A stretch of 64,000 nt of DNA from Tilletiaria anomala UBC 951 (lineage: Eukaryota), in assembly GCF_000711695.1 (NCBI RefSeq), contig NW_013547016.1:62001-126000 (forward strand). Reading direction: 5' to 3'. The notes beneath the pieces were generated by a model. That model was not told where the DNA came from and did no database searches. It was given only the letters and a program-made list of their open reading frames with translations. How positions within the stretch are numbered: the first letter of the stretch is position 1; each line of letters begins with the position of its first letter. The translations under genes were made by a program, and so were the position numbers. Shown here piece after piece: positions 13,175 to 24,095 of the stretch.

Positions 13175-14849
13175 CCCCTTCACTCGGCATTTTGTTGTTC
13201 TTCTCTTTGTCAGCGTCGAGCGAGGCAGTCTACTGCGTCCCCTCTGCCTCTTTCCTTGCACAAGAGTGGTGCTGAAGGAGCAAGAGTTGCAGTTGCAGCA
13301 GGGCGGGCGGGCGGGCGATCTCGAGTCCAACGAATTTGAGGCCTATGATGGAGAGCTTGGTGTTGAGGGAATGGAGTGCAGAAAGTGTTGACTGCTCATG
13401 TAGGTTTGCCGGTAATGGATACATCAAGCTATCTGCCCAAGGCAACCGCTTGCCATGGGACAAAGTGTCAACCCGTCGGATGCAGTTGTGGACAAGGAAG
13501 CACAAATCCATATGAATGTGGCCCCATTCAAGAGCATGTGCAGCTGTCAAGAAACCAGTACCTGCACGTCAGTCAATTGCAATTAGAAGTACAGGCTCTG
13601 GCAGCTGGTAACTGCATTCCATTGATCCACCGCAAAACTACTTGCCAGGCGACAGTCTCCAGCAGGGCTCCCGCGAGCGCTTGGGCATGTGGCGCTTCGC
13701 TTCTTCTAACAAATCCCGATTGATTTTGCCATGAAATCATCGCTGCTCATGCGCTCATGGTTGAGTGCAAGGACGAGAGGGGTGACTGAGCACCACCGCG
13801 TCCACCAACCCCGCATGAGCAGCGATAAGCACTTGCAGAGTCCACTGGTAAGCCGGTCTGCAGCGAAGCATCGATGGTGAAGGAAAAGATGAGGGAAGGG
13901 GTTTGGTGATTGGTGTGCCCTAATAGCCCGTAATAAAGCTGGAGCTGGTAGCATCTAGAGGAAGCCTCTCAAGAGAGAGGGGGTGCAGCCTCGCGTATGT
14001 TTAGTCTGGGTCACCCACAGGCTGTTGCGCTTCTCTGGCCCACGTCCAGTCTCCTTACCAGTTGAGACGAATGAAGGGGGTCAAACCTTATTATTCAAAA
14101 TCGGTTGATGCACTCAAGGCAGTCGAAGTCGCGCATTCTTGAAACAAGTGGAAGGCGTGAGAGCAGGGACGCGACAGGATTATGCGCAGGATGAACGATC
14201 TGCAGCGTCGCGTGAAGAGGAAGTTGGCGCTCCGCTCAGCCTCAATGTTGCCGAGCTAGTATGCTGTGGTGGGCCACATGACACATACGCAGATCTGGAG
14301 GCGCTCCTTGCTCTTCTCTAAATGACGAGTAATCGTTACCATCTGCCCTGGTTCGATGTGGCAATTGGATCTGCCACCCCCCGCCCTCTCGACGCATAGG
14401 AGCTATGGAATCGAGCTCGAGAAATTTTTGTTCTGGTCAATCAGGAAGCATCCAGTGCAATCAAATGGCTGCAATTCCAATTCAATCGCCTCACAGTTTT
14501 GCATTCGCACGTCGATTCATCCAGCACATGGAGGCCTTCTCTACTGCGAGAGATACAAGAGCTCTTATAGCTCGAGCAACAGTGGCACCAAACGTTCAGC
14601 ACAAATCGCTTAGGACTGGTCAGCCAGAACGCGGAAGATCCATGAGCCGCTTGGGTTCGAGATGTCCAGCAGATGGAGCATGTAACTCGCCGCTGTTTCA
14701 GACGCAGCATCCGGAACCTTGGGACACTCTCTCATTGATATCGCTTACTGTTGAAGCCCAAGGGGATTAGGTGTCACTTCCAGAGCTCTCTTAATTGAAT
14801 GCCGATGTTTACACTGTCGAGGACATGGGCAATGACGACAGCACCGTCA

Positions 14850-15330
14850 AGTCAGCGTCCAGACCTCAGGGAGCACTGCACTCCCACGTGCACGTCGACG
14901 ACGCGGCGGAAGAGGCCGATGACGACGGGTGTCTAGACTTGCTTAAGGCGCTTGCGCTTCACGGCGAAGGCCTGCTAGAAGCCAGAAATTCCTGTGGTAA
15001 GAGCATATATTCATGAGTGGCAGTCGCGTGACGCGGAAAAATGACTGGTCTTGGTGGGAGTGACACGCCAAATGGAAGCAATGCGAGAGATGGGGTTGGC
15101 GAGTGGTATGACAGTAGCGAGTCAGCCTTCGTAGCGTGCAGCGGATGATGTACTCGGCAAGCGAGCACTGATATGAGTAAGCCACGGCATGGGGATCAGA
15201 TAGGACACGAACGAAAGCATCGTGATCAGGATTCCTCTGCGCTGGGACGTTGACCACGACCACAGGAGACTCAACAAGCGTTTGTCTTACTTCACTGATA
15301 ACGCCTTTGACCGCGCCTGTGCACACTCTC
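14850..15330 (-). pseudogene. Possible decayed coding fragments of unknown family
   Basis: Protein-like stretches (VKGVISEVRQTLVESPVVVVNV...LAEYIIRC; QAFAVKRKRLKQV*TPVVIGLFRRVVDVH) with an internal TAG and no complete gene structure. Confidence 0.25.
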
Positions 15331-16236
15331 AATGATCGATGCAGCGCTACTGAGGGAGCACGTTGGCGATGGCGGCAACGATACCGATGATTGCAAGGTA
15401 GCATGAGGTGTACTGGGGCTACCGATCGCAGAGGCAGCGTGTGTTTAACCCATAGATGGGGAGAATGGCAATGCACCCCCGTTGGTATGGGAAATGTTGG
15501 CAAATGGACAGAGCATAGGATGAGAAAAATCCCATCAGCATCCATATGCCAACAAGACGCACCACTGGCCATAGATCCATGAGAGCTGAACTTACTTCAT
15601 TACGCATACCCAACGCGTATACAGCGCTTCTGAAACGTCAGCGGTGAGTAATAACGATGCAGTGGAAGGTTAGCGGAATGATGGCGGAGAAACCAGAGGA
15701 TAAGTAGCTATCAATCGGCGCACGGGCTGGCTGAATGCTGCTGGCATCGTGACATGGTGATTCAATAGAGTCAAGGCTCTGCAGAAGCTGATGGGAGATG
15801 ATGTGGTGGTGATTAAAGCGATGAATCTGGATAGACGCATGTATATGTGGGGGAGGTATACCCTTTGGGGCCAAGTGTTTTGAGTAGGGACTGTTACCCT
15901 CTGCAGGCACACGCGCAGTCTCCTGGGCTCGCCTATATTGATTCGTCGGGGCTTTTACATATCGTGAACTTGCGATTTTGATGTGTCTTTTAGTTTGTGT
16001 GGAACTATTTTAATGTGTCTAGCTTTTCATTTCTGTACATAGTGAGTGGGTGGACGACAGGGTGGACGCGCCGGCTCCCAAAAAGGAGAGAAAGAAAGAA
16101 AAAGAGAAATGAAAGAAGTAACTTCCAAAGTGGACTTCAGTCGACCATCATCTCTGATCATTGTAAATCTTTTCGAACATGCCCCGTTCACATCCCGCCG
16201 GATCATCGAAATATGCTTGGCAGATCGACCAGCGCA

Positions 16237-16654
16237 TGGACAGCGCCAAGAATAGAGCCCCGTTTATCTTTCTGCTCGATCAGTCGGCCGAGCACCTTGC
16301 CCCGCACAGGCCCTCGTTATGGGGCAGCGCAGTCTGGCGCTCCGTCATCTGGATGCGTCCAGCCTCCAGCCTGGCGTCCAAGGACCCAGGGGCCAAAGAG
16401 GTGGTGCTGGAGTCAATGCAGCAGGCCGACACCTCCTCCCTTTCCGCCGTGCAGCCTGTCCTGATTGGGAGTGATCGTCGCGCCTCGCAGTCTCGTACAC
16501 GGTCCAAGGGGGCGCACTGCTGTCAACTTCTCGGGATCTTCTACCCGCTGTCATCGGTCGGCTAACTCGAACACATCGAGCGGCTGCTGAGCTACAGGGA
16601 GCAGCACAAGGAGTGCTCTACCGCTTGGCTGGATCCGGCTGACGGCGGATCCTG
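16237..16654 (+). pseudogene. Possible decayed coding fragment of unknown family
   Basis: Coding-like composition continues past the TAA at 16563-16565 (LEHIERLLSYREQHKECSTAWLDPADGGS). No family recognised. Confidence 0.25.
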
Positions 16655-17251
16655 AAAGCTCAGCGATCAGCGGTGCATCCGTTCAATCACTCCGCTTCTC
16701 ACCCGCTTCTGCCCCAGCCTGTTCCGGGCTCGCTGCACGAGGCTTTGCATCTTAAAGTTCAAATTCCTCATGGACCAGAATGCTTTTGTCTCTATGCGTA
16801 CCTAATTCTGGGCTCACCAGAGCTGGCATTTGACAGCTTGGCCATTGTCTTCTGAGCCACAGTGGAATTGCTCCGACAAACTGGCCAGCTTTGTTCCCCG
16901 CAGCACGTATGGAGGGCGATCGTTCAGCGCTCAAACCCTCACGTATAAGAGCATGCGCGACTATGATTGAAGTCCCCATTCCTCACACTGTCCTGACATC
17001 CTTGCCCAAGTCCTACCCCTGCCCCTGCTTGCCTCTAACGTGCTCATTCTCTAATCCGCCATATCGCTTGCATCTCCTTGCCGATTGCAACGCATCCGCG
17101 GTGCCAATCAGTCCACGACATCTTCGTATCGGTAAACGCTGGACTTCGCGGAACAGCATCACAGGCTTAGCTACAGCCTGCCTACTCTACACTCGAGAGC
17201 CAAGACGGCTTTCTCCATCTTTCCTGGAAGCGCTCGCGTGGCTTGGTAGTC

Positions 17252-17770
17252 ATGCACGCGTTCTTCGTCTTGCATGCGATCGCGCTGCTTATGGCACTGC
17301 TTGCTGTGAGTGGCACACATGGTGCGATCTTGCCTACAACAGGCGCGATCGACCCCGCCAGCAGCAGCAGTATTATCGGCAGTAGCAGCAGCTCGACGCA
17401 TGAGTCGAGCAGACGCGCGGTATCTTCGCGAGCGGACCTGCCGCTGCGCAAGCGCTCGATACGCGACGCGATCGACACTACTGGCTCCAGCGCACTTAGC
17501 ACAGTCGACACACTGTCCAACCTGCCCACTGCTGTGCAGAGCGGCTCCGCGAACATGATCGATGCCGCCGCGTCCTCGCAAGACGACGGAGGTGCAGACG
17601 GAACGGGAGGAGCGCCAGCGCCAGGAGCGGCCGCATCGACCGCGCAGGACCAAGGGCCGCATCTCAGCTATGCCGGACCGAAATCCAGCGTCAGCATCTC
17701 GACGGGCTCCAGGCCACCACCGTCTCCACCGGCAGGCTGCAGCGAGGAGGCAGGGTCGCAGCCGCAATAG
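17252..17770 (+). CDS. Small predicted secreted protein (about 172 aa), candidate effector
   Basis: ATG at 17252 starts a hydrophobic signal-peptide-like sequence (MHAFFVLHAIALLMALLAVSGTHG), followed by an RKR Kex2-type site and an S/A/G/P-rich mature part. Single exon. Confidence 0.65.
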   Translation: MHAFFVLHAIALLMALLAVSGTHGAILPTTGAIDPASSSSIIGSSSSSTHESSRRAVSSRADLPLRKRSIRDAIDTTGSSALSTVDTLSNLPTAVQSGSANMIDAAASSQDDGGADGTGGAPAPGAAASTAQDQGPHLSYAGPKSSVSISTGSRPPPSPPAGCSEEAGSQPQ

Positions 17771-18571
17771 TACACGCCCATCCAGGGCCGGCCTACCCTC
17801 ACCAGCCGTATCTGTAGGTCTCCATCCCGAGCGTGACGGAAGACTGTCTCAATGCGATTTTGCTGACTTCATCACGTTTCTCACATCTACGCCGATCAAG
17901 CGATATATGCAAGGATCACTTTCCAGCTGCGTTAATCAAAGCTCCTCAAGTGCCAATCACATTCATCACGCACACTCAGCAAGGCACGCAAGGCATCACT
18001 AACCGCCACACGGACTGAACTAATGGGACCCTCCGGTGAGACACATAGTTCGAACGTGTGTGACAGCTCTGCGCCTGGACTGGAATGATCCGTGTTGGCT
18101 GCGTGTATGCATGTATGTATGTGCTTGTATACCAACATAACCTGCTCAATGCGTGGGACGCGAGGAGACTACGCCCCTGTCGCAGCTACGCCTTTGCATG
18201 GCCGCCAGCGATTTCGTTTTCCCTGTGCGAGAGCAGCGCATCGCCCACATCGCGGAGCGCCCACGCGAGCTAGTATGTCTTGAGTGCATCTTCGAATGAG
18301 CTGGGCTCCCGCGAGCATCCTGCGGCGCCACTTGCGGCAACGGCCGCGTCGTCCCTTGCCGCCGAGCTGCCGCCTGCCTCTTTGGCGCCGACTTGTTATA
18401 TGGTCGCTTCTATCTCAGAAAAGAACGTGTCATCCTGAAGAAAGCAGATGCAAGACAGCAGATGCGCCGAGCATGCGTGACGAGCCAACTATACTCTTCG
18501 TCCCAATGCGAGCAGCGGGCGCATATGCAGACACGTCTCATCGCCCTCGAACAACGCCTCGTTCGAGGCCC

Positions 18572-19370
18572 CTAACTGACGGGGGTCAACAGCTTGGTTC
18601 TTTCGGAGTACGCTTCTTTGAGTGTGAACATACAGTCGTCAGAAATGACTTCGAGCTGCATGTTGTACGGCATCGCGCCGCACAGACCGATGTGGGTCAG
18701 AGTGCTGATCGGGCCGGTGCGCTGAACTTCCAGCGTGACGCCGTCATGCGGGGCATATACTCCAGGGAGGGACGAAGGGCTTGTTGAAGCGCTTGGCACG
18801 CAATTGCCCGGCACGTTCGCAATGCTCGACCGTGATGTATGTGGACACTGCTCCGCTCGACTTTGTCGCCATGATCGTTGCGCCTGCTCTTGCGTCTGAA
18901 AGGATGAGCGGTACGGACACACTGGCACCGACGACGTAACGATTCACGTCTACGAAGGGTGTAGCTTGCTCGAAGACGGGTTCACATGGCTGCTGGTTGC
19001 TCCACCAGCCGAGCATGCGCGCATTCTCATACGTCATGTAGTACCTCGCATTCACGCACATCACCTGCATCCGTCCCTGTCGGATGGTCCGGCGCACACG
19101 CTGCACATCGCGAAGATACCGCATCATGTAACCCGACTGCGACGGTGGTGCCGTGGCGCTTTGGGTGTTGGACTAAAGTCCGAGCGAGCGCATGGAAGTC
19201 ATATTTCATCATCTGAGTCACCGCCACTGCCGTCTCCAGTCCCACCATGCCGCAGCCGCTGCCCCTGATTTTGCTCAACTCGGGATAAGTAGTTCCATGT
19301 GCCCTGGACCGAGCCAAAGTTAATCTCGCCCGCACCGATGAGGACGGCGTAGAACAGAGAGCAAGTCATC
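18572..19370 (-). pseudogene. Degenerate Gfo/Idh/MocA-family NAD(P)-dependent oxidoreductase
   Basis: Fragments in the correct order but different frames: AVLIGAGEINFGSVQGTWNY, TVAVG/YMMRYLR, WWSNQQPCEPVFEQATPFVDVNRYVVG, PRMTASRWKF, STLTH...LEVISDD. Frameshifts near 19133 and 18760-18710, and part of the N-terminal domain appears to be missing. Confidence 0.75.
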
Positions 19371-20360
19371 ATCCTAAGTGGGATTGAAAGTGAGCAGGGA
19401 AGCACGCGCAGAAGACGTAGAGACGAGCAAGTGCGGACGGTGTGCTTCACAGGGGTTTCGCTCCGCAACGTTGTCTGTCGCCTCAGGTGGGACAAAGTCG
19501 GGATCCTGGAGCAAATGCAACCGAGCAACGGCGAAGTTGACGAAAGCAAGTGTACAAGTCATACATGCGGTCGTCTTCCGTGGGGGGGGGGGAGAAGCGG
19601 GGAGAGTTGGAAGTGGAGGAGGACAAGAATACGAAAGCTGTGCTGTCATCGGTGCATTGCAATCAATCGATCCCCTTGGAGGGTCGAAACTAACAGAGTA
19701 TTTGTATAGAGAAAGGCAAAGACTGCGGTCTACTGCTGCCAGAGTGCAACTCGGGGGCCCCGACGACAGGGTCTAGGGCGCAGTTGCGGAGGCCTCTGGG
19801 GCGGAACCCTGCAGTTTCCCATTTGCCCTGGCTGATGCCGAACCTGGCTCAGGCTGGCTGTGAATCCGAGTCCATGGAGAAAACCGGTTGAGCTTTTATC
19901 TAGGCGCGGCAGTGCAGGGCTGTGGCCCCAACCTGCCCTGCTGATAGAGAGCGCTGGCAGGCTGTGGCGGCAGGGCAGTGCAATGTAGGCTGCACCCCAC
20001 TCGGGCCTTGCTGTACTAATATGGAGTGCAGAGTCTAGCTGTGGGGTATGGAAGTCGTGTGGCGGGACAGCTGTCTTGAGGCATGTGTCCTGCGGCCCGT
20101 GTCTTGTGGGCTGTGGGCTGCAATGCTCGTTGCCACTGCAGCGCCGAGAGAAGTTGCCGAATATCAGGAAGCGCCGCTGACGAGACGACGTTGAGTGATC
20201 TCAACTCTGACCGGTGGCTGGTCACTACGATGTATGTACCCCACTGCTGGTGAGAGGTAATATCGCCACAGGGGAGCACACGGACCTCATAGCAGTCTGT
20301 CAGGAAACGGCTCCACTCTGCTCCAGCAACTGGCTTTTATGTAGGTTGGGATTCGGCGAA

Positions 20361-20368
20361 TATATAAA
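20361..20368 (+). promoter_or_regulatory. TATA box (TATATAAA) upstream of the 20514 gene
   Basis: Exact TATATAAA about 150 nt upstream of ATG 20514. Confidence 0.5.
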
Positions 20369-20513
20369 GGTGAACGTGCAGAGACAGTGCATCAGACCTG
20401 ACTTCGCCTTTCGTCCATCCACACCAGCCCGCGTCCACACGCTCTGGGCTTCAGCCGATATTCATTCCAAGCACACAAACGTGAAAGAGCAATTCGGCAA
20501 GGAACATACCAGA

Positions 20514-21394
20514 ATGGCAGCCTTCCCGCAGCCCGATTTTCACCAGGACAACTACGGCCCATCTTACGCGACGCCTTATGGCGGCCCCGGGCCTGTGCAT
20601 CCATATAACGGTCCCAATGGGCCTTCCGGAGGCGGCATGCCGATGCCAGACTACAGCACCGCTCCGCTCAGCGGCTACGGCAGCCGCGGATACGACTCGT
20701 CGCAAGGACCCTACCCACCGCAGCAGTCACAACAAGTAGGCTATCCACAGCAGCAGCAGCCGTCTATGATCCCAGGATACCAAGATTCCGCGCGCGGCAC
20801 CGGCGGCGAAGCGGGAGCGTACTATTCGCAGCCTCCCCAGCAGTCAGACGCGTACCCTCGGCAGCAGCAACAACAACAACAGCAGCAGCAGCAGCAGCAG
20901 CAGATGTACGACGAGAATGGAAACCCCATCGAAGGCGGTGAGCGTGGGCTCGGCACGATGGCGATGGGCGGTATCGCAGGGCTCGCAGTGAACAAGATGA
21001 CAGGTGCGTTGAGGAACGTGAGCCTCGCGCTCTTTCCCTTTCCAAGCAAGTTTATGTGTGTCTCACTTCGTTTGTCTCAACACCTGCAGGCGGGCACCAC
21101 GGCGGCATGACGTCTGCGCTCGGCGGCGCGCTCCTGGCACAAGGCGCCAAGATGGCAGTGGAGATGATGAAGGACAAGGGTAATCATGGGCACAAGCAGA
21201 ACATGTTCGGCGACCACCAGCAGCCCCAATACGGCAAGCCGCCACCACACTATGGGGCGCAGCAGAACCATCCTCATGGAGGTGAGCGTCCTTGCGAAAG
21301 ATGTGGTGCGGGAAACGAGAACTTGCTCCTTACAATTGCGCGTGCGCTTTATTCTTTTTTTCGCTCGGCAGGCCAAGGCTTCTTTGGTCTCTGA
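20514..21394 (+). CDS. Pro/Gln/Gly/Tyr-rich protein with a C-terminal glycine-zipper-like segment, about 234 aa. Exons 20514-21003, 21090-21281, 21372-21394
   Basis: Low-complexity N-terminus with poly-Q, then ERGLGTMAMGGIAGLAV...SALGGALLAQG. Canonical introns keep the frame, and there is an upstream TATA box. Confidence 0.8.
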
Positions 21395-22308
21395 TCGCAC
21401 GCCGAAAGGCATCAGCGCCTCTTCTCGACTCTTGTCCCCCTGTGTACCGCTCACTGTCCTGCCTGTGCTCTTGCGCACGTGCATCTCGCTGATATGCGCT
21501 TCGAGTCTTTCATATTCTGTCTATCGTCGCACTCGCTGTATCAATAGGATGATTGATGAATTCCATCTCCCCCACTGCACGCGCACACATGCCCATGCGC
21601 AAGGTGCGAGTCGTCGTATGCCCCCGCACTTGGGGTCCATCCCCAGTTCGGTAGCTTCCCACCAGCGCCCTATAGATACAAGGCGGTTCAGAGCTGCTCG
21701 TATGCTTCCAAGGACATTGATTATTGCCTTGTGGTATTTTCCTATGCGCTGCGCTTGCGGCCAAGCTACCAAACCCTCCGCTAGAGGTGGTCAGCGGGTC
21801 AGTCAAAGCGTCGCAGGTTCGTCTCCGAAACAGGAGGCGGAAGTGCGGCGACTGTCGCCACAGTCACTAATGAAGATAGTTCAAGCATAAACAATGCAAT
21901 TGTACGGATTTACAAAGGGGCCACATGATTTTCTTTGTGTAAAAGCAGCCAATGACCTTCCACAGCGGTCTCCCCGCCGCACCGCGCCTCAGTGTTTTCG
22001 GTGCCTGCCTGCCCCTGGGCCTGGCAGGCACTGGTATATACTACTAATAAAGCAAACAGGGCTCCACGCTGGAACTTGTCGTTTTGCCTCCACCACCCCC
22101 ATCTCGACTCCCTCCTGAGTCCACCTGCACGAGAGCGCTACGCTCTCGGCAACAGTCGTCCCCAGGCATCTACGTTTCTTTTATATATGGTGAGAAAATG
22201 CGCAGACGGAGCTGGATCGAGGGAGAGAACGGCGTGCTGATCGAGCGTGACTGCGCACGCCAACCAGTCCCCCGAACCACTCAACTGTGACCCTTCACGA
22301 CACACATC

Positions 22309-24095
22309 ATGTCCGCCACCATTGATCCCAATGTCCTCACCATGCCATCGCCTCCACAATCATCATCGCCCGATTACAACGACAACAATGGCAATGATTC
22401 AATGACATGCCACTCTGCTTCGCCGGCGGCGTCAATAGCCTCCTATCTGTCGTCGCCTGCCGCCGCCAGCTCGTCACGCAAGCGAAAGGCCTCTTTCAAT
22501 GCCAGGCCCCCGCAGAACATCGACGACCCGGCGCAGCGCAATCTCTGTCCTTCGAACAAACGAGCGAAGCCTATGTCTCCAGAGCGCATTGCGCGCCTCG
22601 AGGCTCGCCAGGCAAGAAACAGGGCATCGGCGCAGGCTTCTCGGGACAAGAAAAAGGCATTCATCTCCACCCTTGAGGTCGAACACAAGCAGCTCTGCAA
22701 AGAGAATGTTATGCTGAAGCAAGAAAATGCTGCCATGAACAACAAGATGTCCAGTCTCGAAAACAGGCTCAAGGCCATGGAGTCCATGATCAAGTCCATC
22801 CTCGACCCAGCCAGCGGCCAGTCATCACTCGTCTCGCTTCCTTCCATCGCACCGTGCATCCCATCTTCAGTAGCCTCGACATCGATCAGCTCAACGACTG
22901 CACTGAACCTTACGACTGACGCCGCATCTAGTACCACCTTTGCAACAGCGCCTTCTGCAGCGCCTTCCTCCTCTTCCCTTGCAACCACTTCCACGTCTCT
23001 CTCTGTGGCACCGGCCGCGCCGTTCGCCGCCCCGCACATCAAGCAGGAGCCGGTAGCCAGCTGGACGGAGGGATCAGAATCGAGCGCTCGTCTCCCCGCA
23101 GTGGAGGCGTTTACCCAGCAGCGGGCGCTCTTCTTTCCTCCTCCAGTATGGCTGTCAGCAGCTCCAACAATGCTTTTTGCGCAAGCGCGGCAGTATCGGT
23201 CGCGGCTGCATTGCAGAGAATCGACGGCGAACATGTGGTTGCAGGGCAAGGCACGGCAGGAAACCACGGCAGCAGCGGATCGGGCATATTACAGAACCGG
23301 TGCGAAGATGCGGCGACAGCTTCGAGCGGATTCAAGACAGTCAGCGCCAGCAGGATCGATGAACAGTGTGCAGGAGGTAATAAGGATGGAGCGAACACTG
23401 AAGGGTGCGCCACGGCCATCACCATCAAGCAAGAGCCCTCAGACCATGCGGACACGGGTAAGGTTACGGTTGGTATTACGACCTCCACCACCGCTTCCCC
23501 TGCACTCTTCGAGCCATCGCCGGCGGCCATCCTCAACGATACGGCTGTGCCTCTTGCGCAAGCTGGTGGACTTGGCTTGATCCTCGGAGACAACAACGAC
23601 CATGTCCAGCCTTTCTTGCCTCACGACAGCGAAGAGCAGCATGAGCCGCCTACATTGACGACCACCAGCGGAGATAACAGCATCGATTCTGCCAGTGCAA
23701 GCACCCCGGCATACTTTGATGACGAATTTGCACAGACATTCGACCTGGACGGCATGCTAGAAGACATGGCTCAATCTCGGCAGGAGCAGTATCACGACAG
23801 GAAGGAACAGCAGCAATGCGGCCACGACGGCGGGGTTAGCTTTGGTGGCGCATTTGACCTTGACCTTGGCCTTAACGTCAACCTCGACATCGACTTGGAC
23901 CTCACTGTGCGCAACGATGCGAGCCTTTACGATGCACTGTGCGCCGGCACGCGCTTTGCTGGTGACCAGCAGGAGCAAGACGACGATATCAAGCAGAAGC
24001 AATCGCAAGATGGTCAGATCGTCCAAGCAGATAACATACCCTCTACGCCGCCAAGTTTTGCGGAGCCGAGGGATGCCGTTGCTTGCCACGTTTGA
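22309..24095 (+). CDS. HAC1: UPR bZIP transcription factor, HAC1/XBP1/Cib1/Hxl1 family. Spliced form 22309-23098 + 23119-24095 (588 aa); unspliced form 22309-23580 (423 aa)
   Basis: bZIP ERIARLEARQARNRASAQASRDKKKAFISTLE plus a leucine zipper. Removing the 20-nt intron bounded by CCG|CAGT and CAG|CAGC joins the ORF in frame to the acidic 23148-24095 ORF. Confidence 0.92.
23082..23130 (+). other. Ire1-type unconventional splicing element (two 7-nt loops; 20-nt intron 23099-23118)
   Basis: Loop CCGCAGT (23096-23102) is closed by the stem CGTCTCC/GGAGGCG. Loop CAGCAGC lies at 23116-23122. Flanks GAGCGCTCG (23082-23090) and CGGGCGCTC (23122-23130) are complementary. Confidence 0.9.

Noticed and set aside
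23156..23162. Third CAGCAGC motif as an alternative Ire1 3' site
   Set aside because: It has no closing stem, and using it would remove 60 nt, which does not shift the frame.
22443..23596. Antisense ORFs over the HAC1-like gene
   Set aside because: Open antisense frames are common opposite GC-rich fungal CDS throughout this window, and there is no independent support.
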